DNA of 63,872 nt, the filler included, from Choristocarpus tenellus KU-1152 (lineage: Eukaryota > Protista > Phaeophyceae): NCBI GenBank assembly GCA_964200185.2. It is 16 parts of 16 records of this genome, joined end to end, with 100 filler letters (N's around TTAATTAATTAA, not from the genome) between each part and the next. Parts side by side here need not be neighbours in the genome. Positions count along the whole stretch, not along the records: positions 61,349 to 63,872 come from CAXNAD020027078.1; 15 more parts are not named here. One strand, given 5' to 3'. The notes under the pieces are model-generated. The model did no database searches. It saw nothing but the letters and a program-made list of their open reading frames with translations, and was not told the origin of the DNA. Each line of letters opens with the position of its first letter. Position 1 is the stretch's first letter. Of the stretch, positions 62,912 to 63,872 are shown in pieces. Position numbers and translations under genes: made by a program.

Positions 62912-63872
62912 AGTTCAAATTATCAGAATAGTTTCGGTTGATTAGAAAAACATTGATCAAACGATGACTGCCCTTTCGACCCCCTTCTCCACCACACTTC
63001 TCTCCACAGGGATCTATTGTCAATAATGCTATTCCACATTTCAACCACAGAAATGGATTGTACACCTTTACAACCTGTATCTCCTGTGCCACAACAACAT
63101 CAAAAGCATCCACGTGGAGATTCTTTGGGATGGGTCCACCAGAAGATTGGAGTGAGAACACGGAGCTACGACTGGTGGGAGTGCTGAACCAAATGGATGA
63201 GATACAAGGGAGGAACCGAGGCAGTACAACTAGTTGTGGTAAAGCATTTACTTAGTAGTTAGTATGAGAGTAGTGGAATGGCTCTGACCACAGGTAGGGA
63301 TCTTCGCCTAATTTTCTACAAATAGTAAAATTACATAATGTCTTCTTGTTATTTCTGGTCAGTGTCACAAGTGATGGGGTCAAAATGTTCGTTTTGCAAG
63401 CGCCACTGAAAGGTTCAAATCCTAGATTTTATATGTTACGCATCTTGACTATTTTTATTTATTTATTAGTCGTTGTTTCACACCATACATCGTCTATGTT
63501 ATCCCCTTTTAAATTCCATTATAAATCTCGATCAAATCATAAAGTGAACAACCAAAGTGAGAGATACAGCATATTTAATATTTCCACTGTGGCGTTGTGT
63601 GCGAGTCTCACCATCATCAACCTACACGCTTGTTGATTGGACCTACATATCCCATCAAGATAAGCTTTTGTGTTATTTGTGGTTTATGGATTGTCGACTG
63701 TGGTTTGTGGTTGGTACTTATGGTATGTGTTGGTGTTACAAAAAGGGTGTTTGTCGTTAGGTCAGGATATGTGGAAAAAATCCAGTTCACAGTTCCTCAC
63801 AAAAAATATATTTTGACCTCAACTTTAGATTTTTTGGGATTATATTGGGTCAAAGTATCTTGGGGGGGGGGG

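Noticed and set aside
63010-63238. AG/GT-bounded open stretch (GSIVNNAIPHFNHRNGLYTF...)
   Set aside because: It could be an exon, but no partner exon or homology is recognisable.

Overview
This is eukaryotic nuclear DNA, not one locus. It is 16 short, unlinked contigs joined by an artificial 100-nt spacer (N44-TTAATTAATTAA-N44). Spliceosomal introns, interstitial TTAGGG tracts and the repeat families suggest a stramenopile, probably a brown alga or close relative (inference). Recognisable partial intron-containing genes are RBBP4/MSI1, mitochondrial processing peptidase beta/core 1, a tyrosinase-like di-copper protein, a DCD-domain protein, an STI1+UIM protein, a divergent PolD-like family-B polymerase N-terminus and a coiled-coil protein. 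Most other sequence is transposon-derived: two plant-type (DD39D-like) mariner pseudogenes with Stowaway-like TIRs, Tc1-like and hAT remnants, RLE-type non-LTR retrotransposon remnants, Copia LTRs and gag, and an abundant MITE group sharing an AAAGTATCT TIR core (one nested insertion has a clean ATTA TSD). The most interesting unexplained structures are a ~400-nt imperfect hairpin bracketed by structured direct repeats (8335-8891; candidate pre-miRNA/hpRNA), a 139-bp-arm foldback (17115-17420), an AT-rich palindromic-repeat/unique-spacer array (35574-36187), a diverged intronic tandem repeat with conserved palindromes (60628-61007), and recurrent GC-AG introns. No complete novel multi-gene system can be demonstrated, because synteny across the spacers is meaningless.
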